From Armatimonadota bacterium (GTDB lineage: Bacteria > Sysuimicrobiota > Sysuimicrobiia > Sysuimicrobiales > Humicultoraceae): a DNA stretch of 64,000 nt. Below, one piece after another: positions 9,194 to 17,786 of the stretch. The stretch is taken from NCBI GenBank assembly GCA_037443365.1, contig JBBIOM010000001.1, positions 33,693 through 97,692 on the forward strand, read 5' to 3'. How positions within the stretch are numbered: the stretch's first letter is position 1; the number at the start of each line of letters is the position of its first letter. The position numbers were made by a program, and so were the translations under genes. The notes under the pieces were generated by a model that saw only the letters and a program-made list of their open reading frames with translations, was not told the DNA's origin and did not search any database.

Positions 9194-9845
9194 CGCGTAG
9201 AACGCGACCAGCGTGGAGTTCTACTACGCGCCGACGCAGCACGTCCACGAGCGTGCTGTTGTGGGTGGTCATCACCACGGTCGTTCCCCGGAGGTTGACG
9301 GCTCCAAGAAGCTGCACGATCTCCCAGGCCGCCTCCGGGTCGAGGTTGCCGGTGGGCTCATCCGCGAGCACGATCGCGGGGCGCGTGACGATCGCGCGAG
9401 CCAGACAGATGCGCTGCTGCTCTCCGCCCGAGAGCCTGGCCGGCAGATCCCCGGCGCGGTGAGCCATGCCCACAGTCTCAAGGGCCCACCGGACTCGCGG
9501 CGCAATCTCCGCCGTGTCCGCCTCGGTGACCCGCAGCGCATATGCCACATTGTCGCTCACGGGACGGTCGGGCAGCAGGTTGAACTCCTGAAAGACAACG
9601 CCCAACCGCCGGCGAAGATACGGCACCTGCGAATCGGGAAGGGAAGCCAGGTCCACGCCATCCACTTCCACCCTCCCGGCCGTCGGACGCTCGATCCTCT
9701 GGATGAGCTTAAGAATCGTGGACTTCCCGCTGCCTGTCGGACCCACCAAGAAGACGAACTCACCGCGTTCTATCCGCAGTGAGACGTCGTGAAGGGCGAC
9801 CACGCCGGTTGGATATCTCTTTCCGACGCGCTCAAGGTTGATCAT
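9159..9845 (-). CDS. ftsE: Cell division ATP-binding protein FtsE
   Basis: Motifs GPTGSGKST, VPYLRRRLGVVFQ, LSGGEQQR, LADEPTGNLD. Upstream of ftsX. Confidence 0.95.
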   Translation of the reverse strand: MINLERVGKRYPTGVVALHDVSLRIERGEFVFLVGPTGSGKSTILKLIQRIERPTAGRVEVDGVDLASLPDSQVPYLRRRLGVVFQEFNLLPDRPVSDNVAYALRVTEADTAEIAPRVRWALETVGMAHRAGDLPARLSGGEQQRICLARAIVTRPAIVLADEPTGNLDPEAAWEIVQLLGAVNLRGTTVVMTTHNSTLVDVLRRRVVELHAGRVLRDEHRGLYQRAR

Positions 9846-9895
9846 CGCTGCTCCGACGAAAAGGCGGGACCGATGCTTCGATGCTTCCCGTCATC

Positions 9896-9923
9896 ATTCT
9901 GCGCGTCAGCGCTGCAGTCCTGC
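9896..9923 (-). promoter_or_regulatory. Sigma-H-like promoter of ftsEX
   Basis: GCAGGA-CTGCAGCGCTGACGCGCA(18)-GAAT in the surE-ftsE gap. Confidence 0.6.
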
Positions 9924-9930
9924 CAGGGTC

Positions 9931-10695
9931 TCAGGGCACGGACAGGTTCCAGTCGGCCAGGTCATCTAGCAGGCGCTCGCTTGTCATGTTGAGATGGATC
10001 GGGGTCACCGAAATGTACCCTGCCATCACTGCCCAGCTGTCGGTTCCCTCCTCGTCGGCCAGAGGCTCGATCTCCCCGGAGATCCAGTAGTACGGCCTGC
10101 CCCGGGGGTCCGAGCGCTTCTCGAGGTGGGCGAGATAGCGGCGCGCGCCTTGACGCGTGATCGCGACCCCCCGCAGGCGCTCACGTGGAAGATTCGGCAC
10201 GTTCACGTTGATGAGCGTGTCCGCCGGCAGGGCGCGCTCGACCACCAGCCGCGCCAGCCTCTCGGCAAACGGAGCGGCCACGTCGAACCCGACATCCATG
10301 AAGGCCGCCACGGAGATAGCCAGGCTGGGAATCCCCATTATCGTGCTCTCCATCGCCCCGGATACGGTGCCCGAGTATGTAAGGTCGCGCCCTAGATTGG
10401 GGCCGACGTTGATGCCCGAGATCACCACATCCGGCCGCCGGTCAAGGAGGTCGAGCACACCAAGGACGACGCAGTCCGCCGGAGTACCGGTGGTCGCCCA
10501 GGCCGTGACGCCTTCCGGATAGCCGCCCGTGCGCCAGGCGCGGAGCGGCTTGTGCAGCGTGACCGCGTGGCCCGAGGCGCTTCGCTCGTGTTCCGGGGCC
10601 ACTACCACGACCTCGTGGTGTTCCGTGAAGACCTGGGCCAAGGCATGCAACCCCGGCGAGCCCACGCCGTCGTCGTTCGTGAGCAGGACCCTCAT
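9931..10695 (-). CDS. surE: 5'/3'-nucleotidase SurE
   Basis: Motifs MRVLLTNDDG, GTPADCV, SGINVGPNLG, YSGTVSGAME. ATG 10695 overlaps the upstream stop (ATGA). Confidence 0.95.
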   Translation of the reverse strand: MRVLLTNDDGVGSPGLHALAQVFTEHHEVVVVAPEHERSASGHAVTLHKPLRAWRTGGYPEGVTAWATTGTPADCVVLGVLDLLDRRPDVVISGINVGPNLGRDLTYSGTVSGAMESTIMGIPSLAISVAAFMDVGFDVAAPFAERLARLVVERALPADTLINVNVPNLPRERLRGVAITRQGARRYLAHLEKRSDPRGRPYYWISGEIEPLADEEGTDSWAVMAGYISVTPIHLNMTSERLLDDLADWNLSVP

Positions 10696-11573
10696 CTCTC
10701 CTCGCTTCCCGCGGCGCCAAGCCCGCGCTGCTTCGTCTCGATTGTGGCCGCGGCATAGCCCACGACCGCGTCGCTCCCGCCGGCCACGTCCCCAGAGGTG
10801 CAGTACCGCAGGATCTCCACGCGGGCGGGTCCCAGCCGGCGCGCGGCCTCCAGCACTGCCGCGACCGGGCCGGCTCCGCACATCGTTATGCCGCAAGCCC
10901 GCACTTCCCGCAAGAGGCGCTCGCCGTCGCCCGAGACGAGCGCCTCGAGCGCGATCCGGTCCGTCCGGACGGCGTGCTCGTGCGGCAGGTAGTGACTGAG
11001 GTCGGTCGAGGCGATCATGACCACATTGCCGTCCGCCACGGCCGCCGCGAGCGCCTGGGAGAGGTGCCTAACCGTTGCGGCGTCCTGGTCGGCCATGACG
11101 ATCGGCACGACCGGCCCATCATAACCGATGAACTGCAGAAAGGGCAGCTGCACCTCGACGGAGTGCTCGTGGCGGTGACCCCGCGCATCCAGCGGAATGC
11201 CGCGCCGTCGCAGATCCTCCCGGACCGGATGCTCGGTCGGAACCTCGCCCAGCGGACCCTCCCAGCGCTCGTCCGGGGAAAGCGCCACGCCCGGGCCGGC
11301 GCCCCTGTGATCGGGACCGATCACGACGATTGCCTCTGGCCGGGACGCCTCGGCCAGGCGCAGGTAGGCATGCGCCGCCACCGGGCCCGAATACTCCAAC
11401 GCGGCATGGGGGACGACCAGCCCCACGATGCGACGCGCTCCCCAGGCGGCGGGGACACGCCCAGGTCCCAGAGGGTGCACGAAGCATCCCTCCACCTGGC
11501 GCCTCAACCTGCGCGGGTCGGCGTCGTAAAACACACCGCGCACCGCGGAGGGCCGAACCCGCCCGCCGACCAC
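10692..11573 (-). CDS. amrB: MEMO1 family / AmmeMemoRadiSam system protein B
   Basis: Motifs VRPSAVRGVFY, VPHA..YSG, IGPDH, EHSVEVQLPFLQ, STDLSHY, TMCG, TSGD, VVGY. Confidence 0.9.
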   Translation of the reverse strand: MVGGRVRPSAVRGVFYDADPRRLRRQVEGCFVHPLGPGRVPAAWGARRIVGLVVPHAALEYSGPVAAHAYLRLAEASRPEAIVVIGPDHRGAGPGVALSPDERWEGPLGEVPTEHPVREDLRRRGIPLDARGHRHEHSVEVQLPFLQFIGYDGPVVPIVMADQDAATVRHLSQALAAAVADGNVVMIASTDLSHYLPHEHAVRTDRIALEALVSGDGERLLREVRACGITMCGAGPVAAVLEAARRLGPARVEILRYCTSGDVAGGSDAVVGYAAATIETKQRGLGAAGSEER

Positions 11574-11574
11574 G

Positions 11575-11925
11575 CTACCCTCTGGGTGGATCCCCGGTGC
11601 CGGGCGCGGAGAGGACGGCCCCGTCGAGCCAATCGAGGTAGGCTGCCGAACCTCCCTCGATGGGAAGCGCCACGACCTCGGGCACGGTGTAGGAGTGCAG
11701 ATCGCGCACGCGCTCCACCACGCTGGCCAGGAGACGGCGGGCGGTCTTGATCACGAGCAGATGCTCGGCCCCTGACTCGACGCTCCCCTGCCAGCGGTAG
11801 ATAGAGCGCACCCCGGGAACGATGTTCACGCAGGCGGCCAGGCCCTCTTCCACGAGGGCCGATGCGATGCGGTCCGCCTCTTGTTGGCCGCCGGTGGTTA
11901 CCAGCACGACCAGGAACTCGCTCAT
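11575..11925 (-). CDS. cutA: Divalent-cation tolerance protein CutA
   Basis: Motifs LAACVNI, SIYRWQG, HSYTVPE, YLDWL. Confidence 0.95.
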   Translation of the reverse strand: MSEFLVVLVTTGGQQEADRIASALVEEGLAACVNIVPGVRSIYRWQGSVESGAEHLLVIKTARRLLASVVERVRDLHSYTVPEVVALPIEGGSAAYLDWLDGAVLSAPGTGDPPRG

Positions 11926-11962
11926 GTCTGCCTTCGGGATCCGGATGGCGGGGCCACCCGCG

Positions 11963-13126
11963 CTAGTCCTGCTCGCGCCACCAGTCAGGCGACACGTCCC
12001 GCAACGACCTGGTCTTTCGCACCGGGGGGCGGGCGCCTGAGCGCTCCTTGGCCACGCGCGATCGCAACTGCTCGAACTCGCGCAGGTCGGTCAGGACCTT
12101 GAGCGTGTTCCAGACGGCCTCCTCCAGATGCTCGCCGCCCTCGCGCTGCACGAGCGCCACGAGCGGCTCGATCACGCGCTTGTTGCGCAGCTTGCCGAGG
12201 ATGCGAATCGCCAGCCGCTTGACCTCGACGTCCTCGTCCTCGAGTGAAGCGATGAACTGGTCAGAAGCACCCTCGCCAAAGAGGGCATAGAGGGCCCGCA
12301 GCGCAAACCGGCGTACCTTGGGCACCGGGTTCTCGAGCGCGACCCGGAGCCGCTCTACGACATCGGCACGCGGGCGCCCCCCGAACGCCTCAAGCACCAT
12401 GCGCGTCGGGCTCACCTCGCGTTCAACGTGGGCGCCCTCGCCGCCTTCCATGACCCCGCGCTCCTCCAGGCGCGACAGGGTGGCCACAACCGCCTCCTGC
12501 ATGCGCGGGTCGCGCAGGAACAGGTCAACCAGGGGCCGGACGATGCGCTGATCTCCCACCCGCCCTAGGATCGAGATCGCGGTGGCGCGCACGACCTGGC
12601 TGTCCTGGCCCACTGCCTCCAGCAGCGCCTCTACGGCGCGGGGGCCCACCTCGACGAGGATCTTCATGACCTGCGGGCCGATCTTGCGCCGCAGCACCTT
12701 GTCGTCACAGGTGGCCAGGAGCGGCCCGACCGCGTCAGGGCCGATGCGCGTGAGGGCCTCCGTAGCCGCCAGCTGGAGCGACCGCTCACGGCGGGCGAGA
12801 ACTCGAATGAGCGCTTCGACCGCGCCCCTGTCTCGGATGTCCCGGAGACCGTTTGTGGCCTGCAGGACCACCTGCTCGCTGCGGTCCGCCAGTGCGGCGC
12901 GCAGGGCCTCGGCGGCAGCGGGCCCGCCGATGCGCCGAAGCGCGACGACGGCGCTCTTGCGGACGTACTCGTCGGAGTCCTGCAGGGCGCGCGCCAGGGC
13001 CGGAACCGCGGACTCGTCCCCCAGCTTCCCGAGCGCGTGCGCCGCGTCGCTGCGAACGGTCACATCGCTACTCTCGAGCTGCCGGAGATGCTGCTGCAGC
13101 TCATCGGCCCTACCGGCCTCCGGCAT
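11963..13126 (-). CDS. HEAT/PBS-lyase repeat protein
   Basis: Repeated VR..AA.ALG.LG...AV..L..AL.D units. ATG 13126 behind AGGAGGAG. Confidence 0.88.
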   Translation of the reverse strand: MPEAGRADELQQHLRQLESSDVTVRSDAAHALGKLGDESAVPALARALQDSDEYVRKSAVVALRRIGGPAAAEALRAALADRSEQVVLQATNGLRDIRDRGAVEALIRVLARRERSLQLAATEALTRIGPDAVGPLLATCDDKVLRRKIGPQVMKILVEVGPRAVEALLEAVGQDSQVVRATAISILGRVGDQRIVRPLVDLFLRDPRMQEAVVATLSRLEERGVMEGGEGAHVEREVSPTRMVLEAFGGRPRADVVERLRVALENPVPKVRRFALRALYALFGEGASDQFIASLEDEDVEVKRLAIRILGKLRNKRVIEPLVALVQREGGEHLEEAVWNTLKVLTDLREFEQLRSRVAKERSGARPPVRKTRSLRDVSPDWWREQD

Positions 13127-13187
13127 GAACGCTCCTCCTGTTGGACATGGGGGCACCAAGTGGCGCCTACTGCACCTATTATGCACT

Positions 13188-13215
13188 ATTCTGCGGGCTC
13201 GCGCCTTGGTCCTGC
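13188..13215 (-). promoter_or_regulatory. Sigma-H-like promoter of the HEAT-cutA-Memo-surE operon
   Basis: GCAGGA-CCAAGGCGCGAGCCCGCA(18)-GAAT. Confidence 0.6.
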
Positions 13216-13240
13216 ACGCGGGCTGCAACCCAAATCCTCA

Positions 13241-13269
13241 TTGCATCCCCGGCCGTGGTTACATATACT
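13241..13269 (+). promoter_or_regulatory. Sigma-70/A promoter, probably giving a leaderless mRNA
   Basis: TTGCAT-17nt-TATACT. ATG follows 7 nt after the -10 box with no SD. Confidence 0.65.
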
Positions 13270-13276
13270 GGACCCA

Positions 13277-13621
13277 ATGGAGAACAAGGGCGCGGTACGA
13301 TTCGCCCATGCAAGCGAAGAGGAACTGGCGCGGATCCTGGATTTCTACGGCATTCGCTGGGAGTATGAGCCCCGGTCGTTCGCCCTAGAGTGGAACGGGG
13401 AGGGGCGAGTCGTGGAGAGTTTCAGCCCGGACTTCTACCTGCCCGAGTTCGACCTGTACATCGAGCTGACAACCCTGAAGCAGAGCCTCGTGACAAAGAA
13501 GAACCGCAAGCTCCGACGGATGCGCGAGCTCTACCCCAACGCTCGCGTCCTGGTGTTCTACGGCAGGGACTTCCGCAGCCTGCTGGCCAAGTACGACCTG
13601 TATCCCGGCGCGGCGCGCTGA
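13277..13621 (+). CDS. Conserved hypothetical protein, PD-(D/E)xK nuclease-like fold
   Basis: SEEELARILDFYGIRWEYEP...FSPDFYLPEFDLYIELTT. Stop overlaps the hpt start (TGATG). Confidence 0.75.
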   Translation: MENKGAVRFAHASEEELARILDFYGIRWEYEPRSFALEWNGEGRVVESFSPDFYLPEFDLYIELTTLKQSLVTKKNRKLRRMRELYPNARVLVFYGRDFRSLLAKYDLYPGAAR

Positions 13622-14181
13622 TGGCGGTACCCGAGATCAGCCGCGTGCTCTTCACAGAGGAGCAGATCCGCGCGCGCGTGCGCGAGATGGCCGCCGAGAT
13701 CAGCCGCGACTACGCCGGGCGCGACCTGCTGGTCGTGACCGTGCTCAAGGGCGCGCTCTACTTCCTTGCCGACCTGACAAGGGAGATAGAGATCCCGCTT
13801 GGCATCGACTTCATGGCCATCACCTCCTACCGGGGCGGCAAGGGCCCCTCGGGCGCCGTCCGCCTGATCAAGGACCTCGATGAGGACCTGACCGGTCGGC
13901 ACGTGCTCCTGGCCGAGGACATAATCGACACGGGCCTCACGGTCTCGTACCTGATGCGCGCACTCCAGGCGCGCGAGCCGGCCGATCTGGCGATCTGCAC
14001 GCTGCTCGACAAGACCGCGCGCCGCATAGCCCACACCCTGCCGATTCGCTACCGCGGGTTCGAGGTACCGGATCTCTTCCTGGTCGGCTACGGCCTGGAC
14101 TACCGCCAGCACTACAGGAATCTCCCGTACATAGGCGTCCTGAGAGAGGACATCCTGCGCAGCGGCCCGGCGGCATCCTGA
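13621..14181 (+). CDS. hpt: Hypoxanthine phosphoribosyltransferase
   Basis: Motifs VLKGA, AEDIIDTGLT, LLDK, FLVGYGLDY..YRNLPYIG. Confidence 0.95.
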   Translation: MAVPEISRVLFTEEQIRARVREMAAEISRDYAGRDLLVVTVLKGALYFLADLTREIEIPLGIDFMAITSYRGGKGPSGAVRLIKDLDEDLTGRHVLLAEDIIDTGLTVSYLMRALQAREPADLAICTLLDKTARRIAHTLPIRYRGFEVPDLFLVGYGLDYRQHYRNLPYIGVLREDILRSGPAAS

Positions 14182-14185
14182 GCCC

Positions 14186-15742
14186 ATGGCCCGTGAGCAG
14201 CCCCCCGCGACCTGCCACAAACCCGCAACAACTGGGCCTTCCGAACTGCTCGTCATGCACGACATCCGGAAGGCCTTCCCCGGAGTCGTCGCCAACGATG
14301 GCGTGACGCTTCGCGTACGCGCCGGCGAAGTGCACGCCCTGCTCGGCGAAAACGGTGCTGGCAAGACCACCCTGATGAACGTGCTGTACGGGAGCCACCA
14401 GCCCGACGGCGGCGAGATCCGACTGCGCGGCCGGCAGGTGCGCGTCCGCTCTCCCCGCGACGCCCTGGCGCTGGGCATAGGCATGGTCCCCCAGCACTTC
14501 CTCCTGGTCCGGCGGCACACCGTCGCCGAGAACGTCGCCCTGGGGCTGCCGGGAGTGGGGTTCGTGGCGCCGGCGCGCCAGGTCGAGGCCAGCATAGGCG
14601 ACCTGGCGGACCGCTACGGCCTGCGGGTGGATCCACGCGCGCTCGTCTGGCAGCTCTCGCCCAGCGAACAGCAGCGCGTCGAGATCATAAAGGCGCTCAT
14701 CCGGGGAGCGACGATCCTCATCCTGGATGAGCCTACAAGCGTGTTGACCCCGCAGGAAGCGCACGGGCTGTTCGAGGTGCTGCGCAGGATGAAGCGCGAG
14801 GGGCACGCGGTGATCTTCATCTCCCACAAACTGGACGAGGTCGCGCAGATCGCCGATCGGGTCACGGTGATGCGCAGGGGGCGGACAGTGGCCACGCTGC
14901 CGGTCGAGGCGACCGACAAGCGGGCCCTGGCGCGCCTGATGGTCGGCAGGGACGTCGAGTTCAGGATCGCGAGGGACGCCTGCGCGCCCGGCGAGGAGGC
15001 GCTGTGCATCCAGGATCTCGAGGCTGCCAACGACCGCGGCCTCCCGGCCCTGCGAGGCGTATCGCTCCGGGTGCGCCGGGGCGAGATCGTGGGCATATCC
15101 GGTGTGGCGGGAAACGGGCAGCGCGAGCTGGTGGAGGTGGTGACCGGGCTGCGCCCGTCAACCGGCGGGCGCGTCAGGGTCATGGGGAAGGATGTCACCA
15201 ACCTGTCCGCGCGCGCGGTGCACGGCGCGGGCGTGGCGCACATCCCGGAAGACCGGATGCGAGTGGGGATCGTGCCGGGCCTCTCAGTGGCCGAGAACCT
15301 GGTGCTGCGCGACTACCGGCACCCTCCGTTCTCGCGGGGGCCGGTGATGGACCGCCGGGCAATCGGGGAGTTCGCACGCCGGTTGATAGCCGAGTACGAG
15401 ATCATGACCCCTGGACCTGCCACCCCGGTGCGCCTGCTCTCCGGCGGGAATATCCAGAAGCTCATCCTGAGTCGCGAACTGTCGGGCGATCCCGAGGTAA
15501 TCGTGGCGGCGCATCCCACCTCTGGCCTGGATGTCAGCGCCACGGAGCAGATCCACCGGCTGCTCTTGCGGCGCAGGCTTGAGGGGGCCGCCGTGTTGTT
15601 GGTGTCGGAGGACCTGGATGAGATACTGGCGCTCTCCGACCGCGTGGCCGTGATGCTCTCCGGCAAGATCGCAGGCGTCGTGGACGCCGCGCGCTGCAGC
15701 CGTGAGCAGATAGGGCTCCTGATGATGGGGCAGCACGCATGA
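14186..15742 (+). CDS. Nucleoside/sugar (CUT2) ABC transporter ATP-binding protein with two ABC domains
   Basis: Motifs GENGAGKTT, LDEPTSVL, GVAGNGQ, HIPEDR, LSGGNIQK. Confidence 0.92.
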   Translation: MAREQPPATCHKPATTGPSELLVMHDIRKAFPGVVANDGVTLRVRAGEVHALLGENGAGKTTLMNVLYGSHQPDGGEIRLRGRQVRVRSPRDALALGIGMVPQHFLLVRRHTVAENVALGLPGVGFVAPARQVEASIGDLADRYGLRVDPRALVWQLSPSEQQRVEIIKALIRGATILILDEPTSVLTPQEAHGLFEVLRRMKREGHAVIFISHKLDEVAQIADRVTVMRRGRTVATLPVEATDKRALARLMVGRDVEFRIARDACAPGEEALCIQDLEAANDRGLPALRGVSLRVRRGEIVGISGVAGNGQRELVEVVTGLRPSTGGRVRVMGKDVTNLSARAVHGAGVAHIPEDRMRVGIVPGLSVAENLVLRDYRHPPFSRGPVMDRRAIGEFARRLIAEYEIMTPGPATPVRLLSGGNIQKLILSRELSGDPEVIVAAHPTSGLDVSATEQIHRLLLRRRLEGAAVLLVSEDLDEILALSDRVAVMLSGKIAGVVDAARCSREQIGLLMMGQHA

Positions 15743-16842
15743 GGCGGCTGGGCCCGTTCCAGGTGGAGCGGGTGCTGGTCCCGTCAGGGGCGTGGGTGCT
15801 GGCGGTCTCGCTGTGCGCGATCGCCGCGGCCCTGGTCGCCGCGGGCCTGGTGTTCTGGGCGTTCGGCCTCAACCCCCTGCGGGCCTACGCGGTCATCTTC
15901 GCAGGAACGCTCGCGGACAGGCGCGCGGCGCCCGAGATACTGCGCCAGGCCACCCCGCTGCTGCTCGCGGGCGTCGGGCTGGTGCTGGCGTTCAGGGCGC
16001 AGTTCTGGAACATCGGCGCAGAAGGCCAGCTGCTCGCGGGCGCGGTCGCGGCGGCGGGCGTGGCGCTGTTCTCAGGCACGCCGGCCCCCTGGATGCTGCC
16101 CGCCATGTTCGTCGCGGGCTTCCTGGGAGGCGCCCTCTGGGGCTTCCTCCCTACACTGCTGCGCCTCAAGCTCGAGGTGAACGAGGTCGTCTCGACGCTC
16201 ATGATGAACTACATCGCCGCGTTCTCCGTGGAGTGGCTTATCCACGGACCGTGGAAGGGCAAGACCGCGTACGGGTTCGCCTACACCGACGCCTTCCCCG
16301 AGGCGGCGCGCCTGGCCCTTATCCCTGGCACCCGCGTGCACTGGCCCGCGCTGGCCCTGGCCGTCGCCCTGGCCGCCGGACTGGCCTTCTTCCTGGGGCG
16401 TGCGCGCCTCGGGTTCGAGATCCGCGTGCTGGGCGAGAACCCGACGGCGGCCAGGTATGCGGGCATGGACCCCACGCGAACGATCCTGATCGCGATGGCC
16501 CTATCGGCGGGCGCGGCCGGGATGGCGGGCGTCGGAGAGGTAGCCGGAATCCACCACAAGCTGCTCGCCCCCGGGCAGGTCTCAATGGGCTACGGCTATG
16601 CCGCAATCATCGTGGCGTGGCTGGCCCGCGGCAGCCCGCTGGCGGCGGTCATCACGGCGCTCTTTCTTGGCCTCATCTTCTCCAGCGGCGACGTCATGAA
16701 GGTCGCGCTGCAGATGCCCTTCCGCGTGACCGACGTCTTCAACGGGCTGATACTGTTCTTCCTCATAGGGAGCGAGCGGCTGCTCAACTACCGGCTGCGG
16801 TGGGCACCCGGCGATCGGGCAGGGGGGCCCGCGGATGCTTGA
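15739..16842 (+). CDS. Nucleoside ABC transporter permease 1
   Basis: Motifs FWNIGAEGQ, VNEVVSTLMMNY, GYGYAAIIVAWL. Confidence 0.9.
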   Translation: MRRLGPFQVERVLVPSGAWVLAVSLCAIAAALVAAGLVFWAFGLNPLRAYAVIFAGTLADRRAAPEILRQATPLLLAGVGLVLAFRAQFWNIGAEGQLLAGAVAAAGVALFSGTPAPWMLPAMFVAGFLGGALWGFLPTLLRLKLEVNEVVSTLMMNYIAAFSVEWLIHGPWKGKTAYGFAYTDAFPEAARLALIPGTRVHWPALALAVALAAGLAFFLGRARLGFEIRVLGENPTAARYAGMDPTRTILIAMALSAGAAGMAGVGEVAGIHHKLLAPGQVSMGYGYAAIIVAWLARGSPLAAVITALFLGLIFSSGDVMKVALQMPFRVTDVFNGLILFFLIGSERLLNYRLRWAPGDRAGGPADA

Positions 16843-17695
16843 CTGGGTCCTGACAGCGATCATCCGGGCGCTGGCCGTGGGCACCCCGCTCCTGTGGGCG
16901 GCGTTGGGCGAGATATACGCCGAGCGCAGCGGCGTGATCAACCTTGGCGTTGAAGGCATGATGATCCTGGGCGCCCTGTTCGCCTTCGCCGTCGCCCACA
17001 CCACCGGCCTTCCTGCGGCCGGGCTCCTGGCGGCAGCGGCGATCGGCGGCCTGGCCGCGCTGCTGCACGCCTTCGTCTCCGTGACGCTACGGGCCAACCA
17101 GTACGTCTCAGGCCTGGCCCTGGCGATGCTGGGCCTGGGCCTGGCCGGCGTGCTCGGCCGAGGATGGGAGGGAACACCCCTGCTGGTGACCCTTCCCGAG
17201 ATCTCGGGCCTCACGTACCTGGGCCTGCTGCTGGCGGTTGGACTCTGGCTGCTGCTGTATCACACCCGTGCGGGCCTGGTAATCCGCTCCACCGGCGAGT
17301 CGCCCGCCGCCGCGGAGGCGCTGGGCGTCAATGTCTACCTGGTGCGCTACCTGTGCGTTGTGTTCGGGGGAATGCTGGCCGGCGTGGCCGGCGGATTCCT
17401 GTCCGTGGCCTACCGGCCCTCGTGGACCGAAGGCATGACCGCGGGCCTGGGTTGGATCGCGATCGCCATCACCATCTTCGCTGCCTGGGATCCGCTCAAG
17501 GCGGTCGGAGGCGCCTTCCTGTTCGGAGCCCTCTTCCACCTCTCATTCCGCCTGCAGGCCTGGGTTCCACCCGAGGCGCTCAGGATGATGCCGTTCGTCT
17601 TCACCATCCTGGTGCTGGCCGCGGCATCGAGCAGGCGCAGGGTGGTAGGAGCACCCGAGGCCTTGGGGGTTCCGTACGCAGGAGGTGAGAGATGA
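16835..17695 (+). CDS. Nucleoside ABC transporter permease 2
   Basis: Motifs LGEIYAERSGVINLGVEG, ANQYVSG, GWIAIA, PEALGVPY. Confidence 0.9.
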   Translation: MLDWVLTAIIRALAVGTPLLWAALGEIYAERSGVINLGVEGMMILGALFAFAVAHTTGLPAAGLLAAAAIGGLAALLHAFVSVTLRANQYVSGLALAMLGLGLAGVLGRGWEGTPLLVTLPEISGLTYLGLLLAVGLWLLLYHTRAGLVIRSTGESPAAAEALGVNVYLVRYLCVVFGGMLAGVAGGFLSVAYRPSWTEGMTAGLGWIAIAITIFAAWDPLKAVGGAFLFGALFHLSFRLQAWVPPEALRMMPFVFTILVLAAASSRRRVVGAPEALGVPYAGGER

Positions 17696-17718
17696 TATCC
17701 CTGGCGTGGCCGGAGCAG

Positions 17719-17746
17719 GCGGGAAAGACGCCAGGCCGCATCGAAT
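17719..17746 (+). promoter_or_regulatory. Sigma-H-like internal promoter of the BMP gene
   Basis: GCGGGA-AAGACGCCAGGCCGCATC(18)-GAAT in the permease-BMP gap. Confidence 0.55.
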
Positions 17747-17786
17747 AAGTCGAGTGCGCCGAGACATGAGGAGAAGGAGGGACACC

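Noticed and set aside
13171-13185. TGCATAATAGGTGCA palindrome resembling an ARG box near the HEAT gene
   Set aside because: One base too long, single copy, and no link to arginine metabolism.
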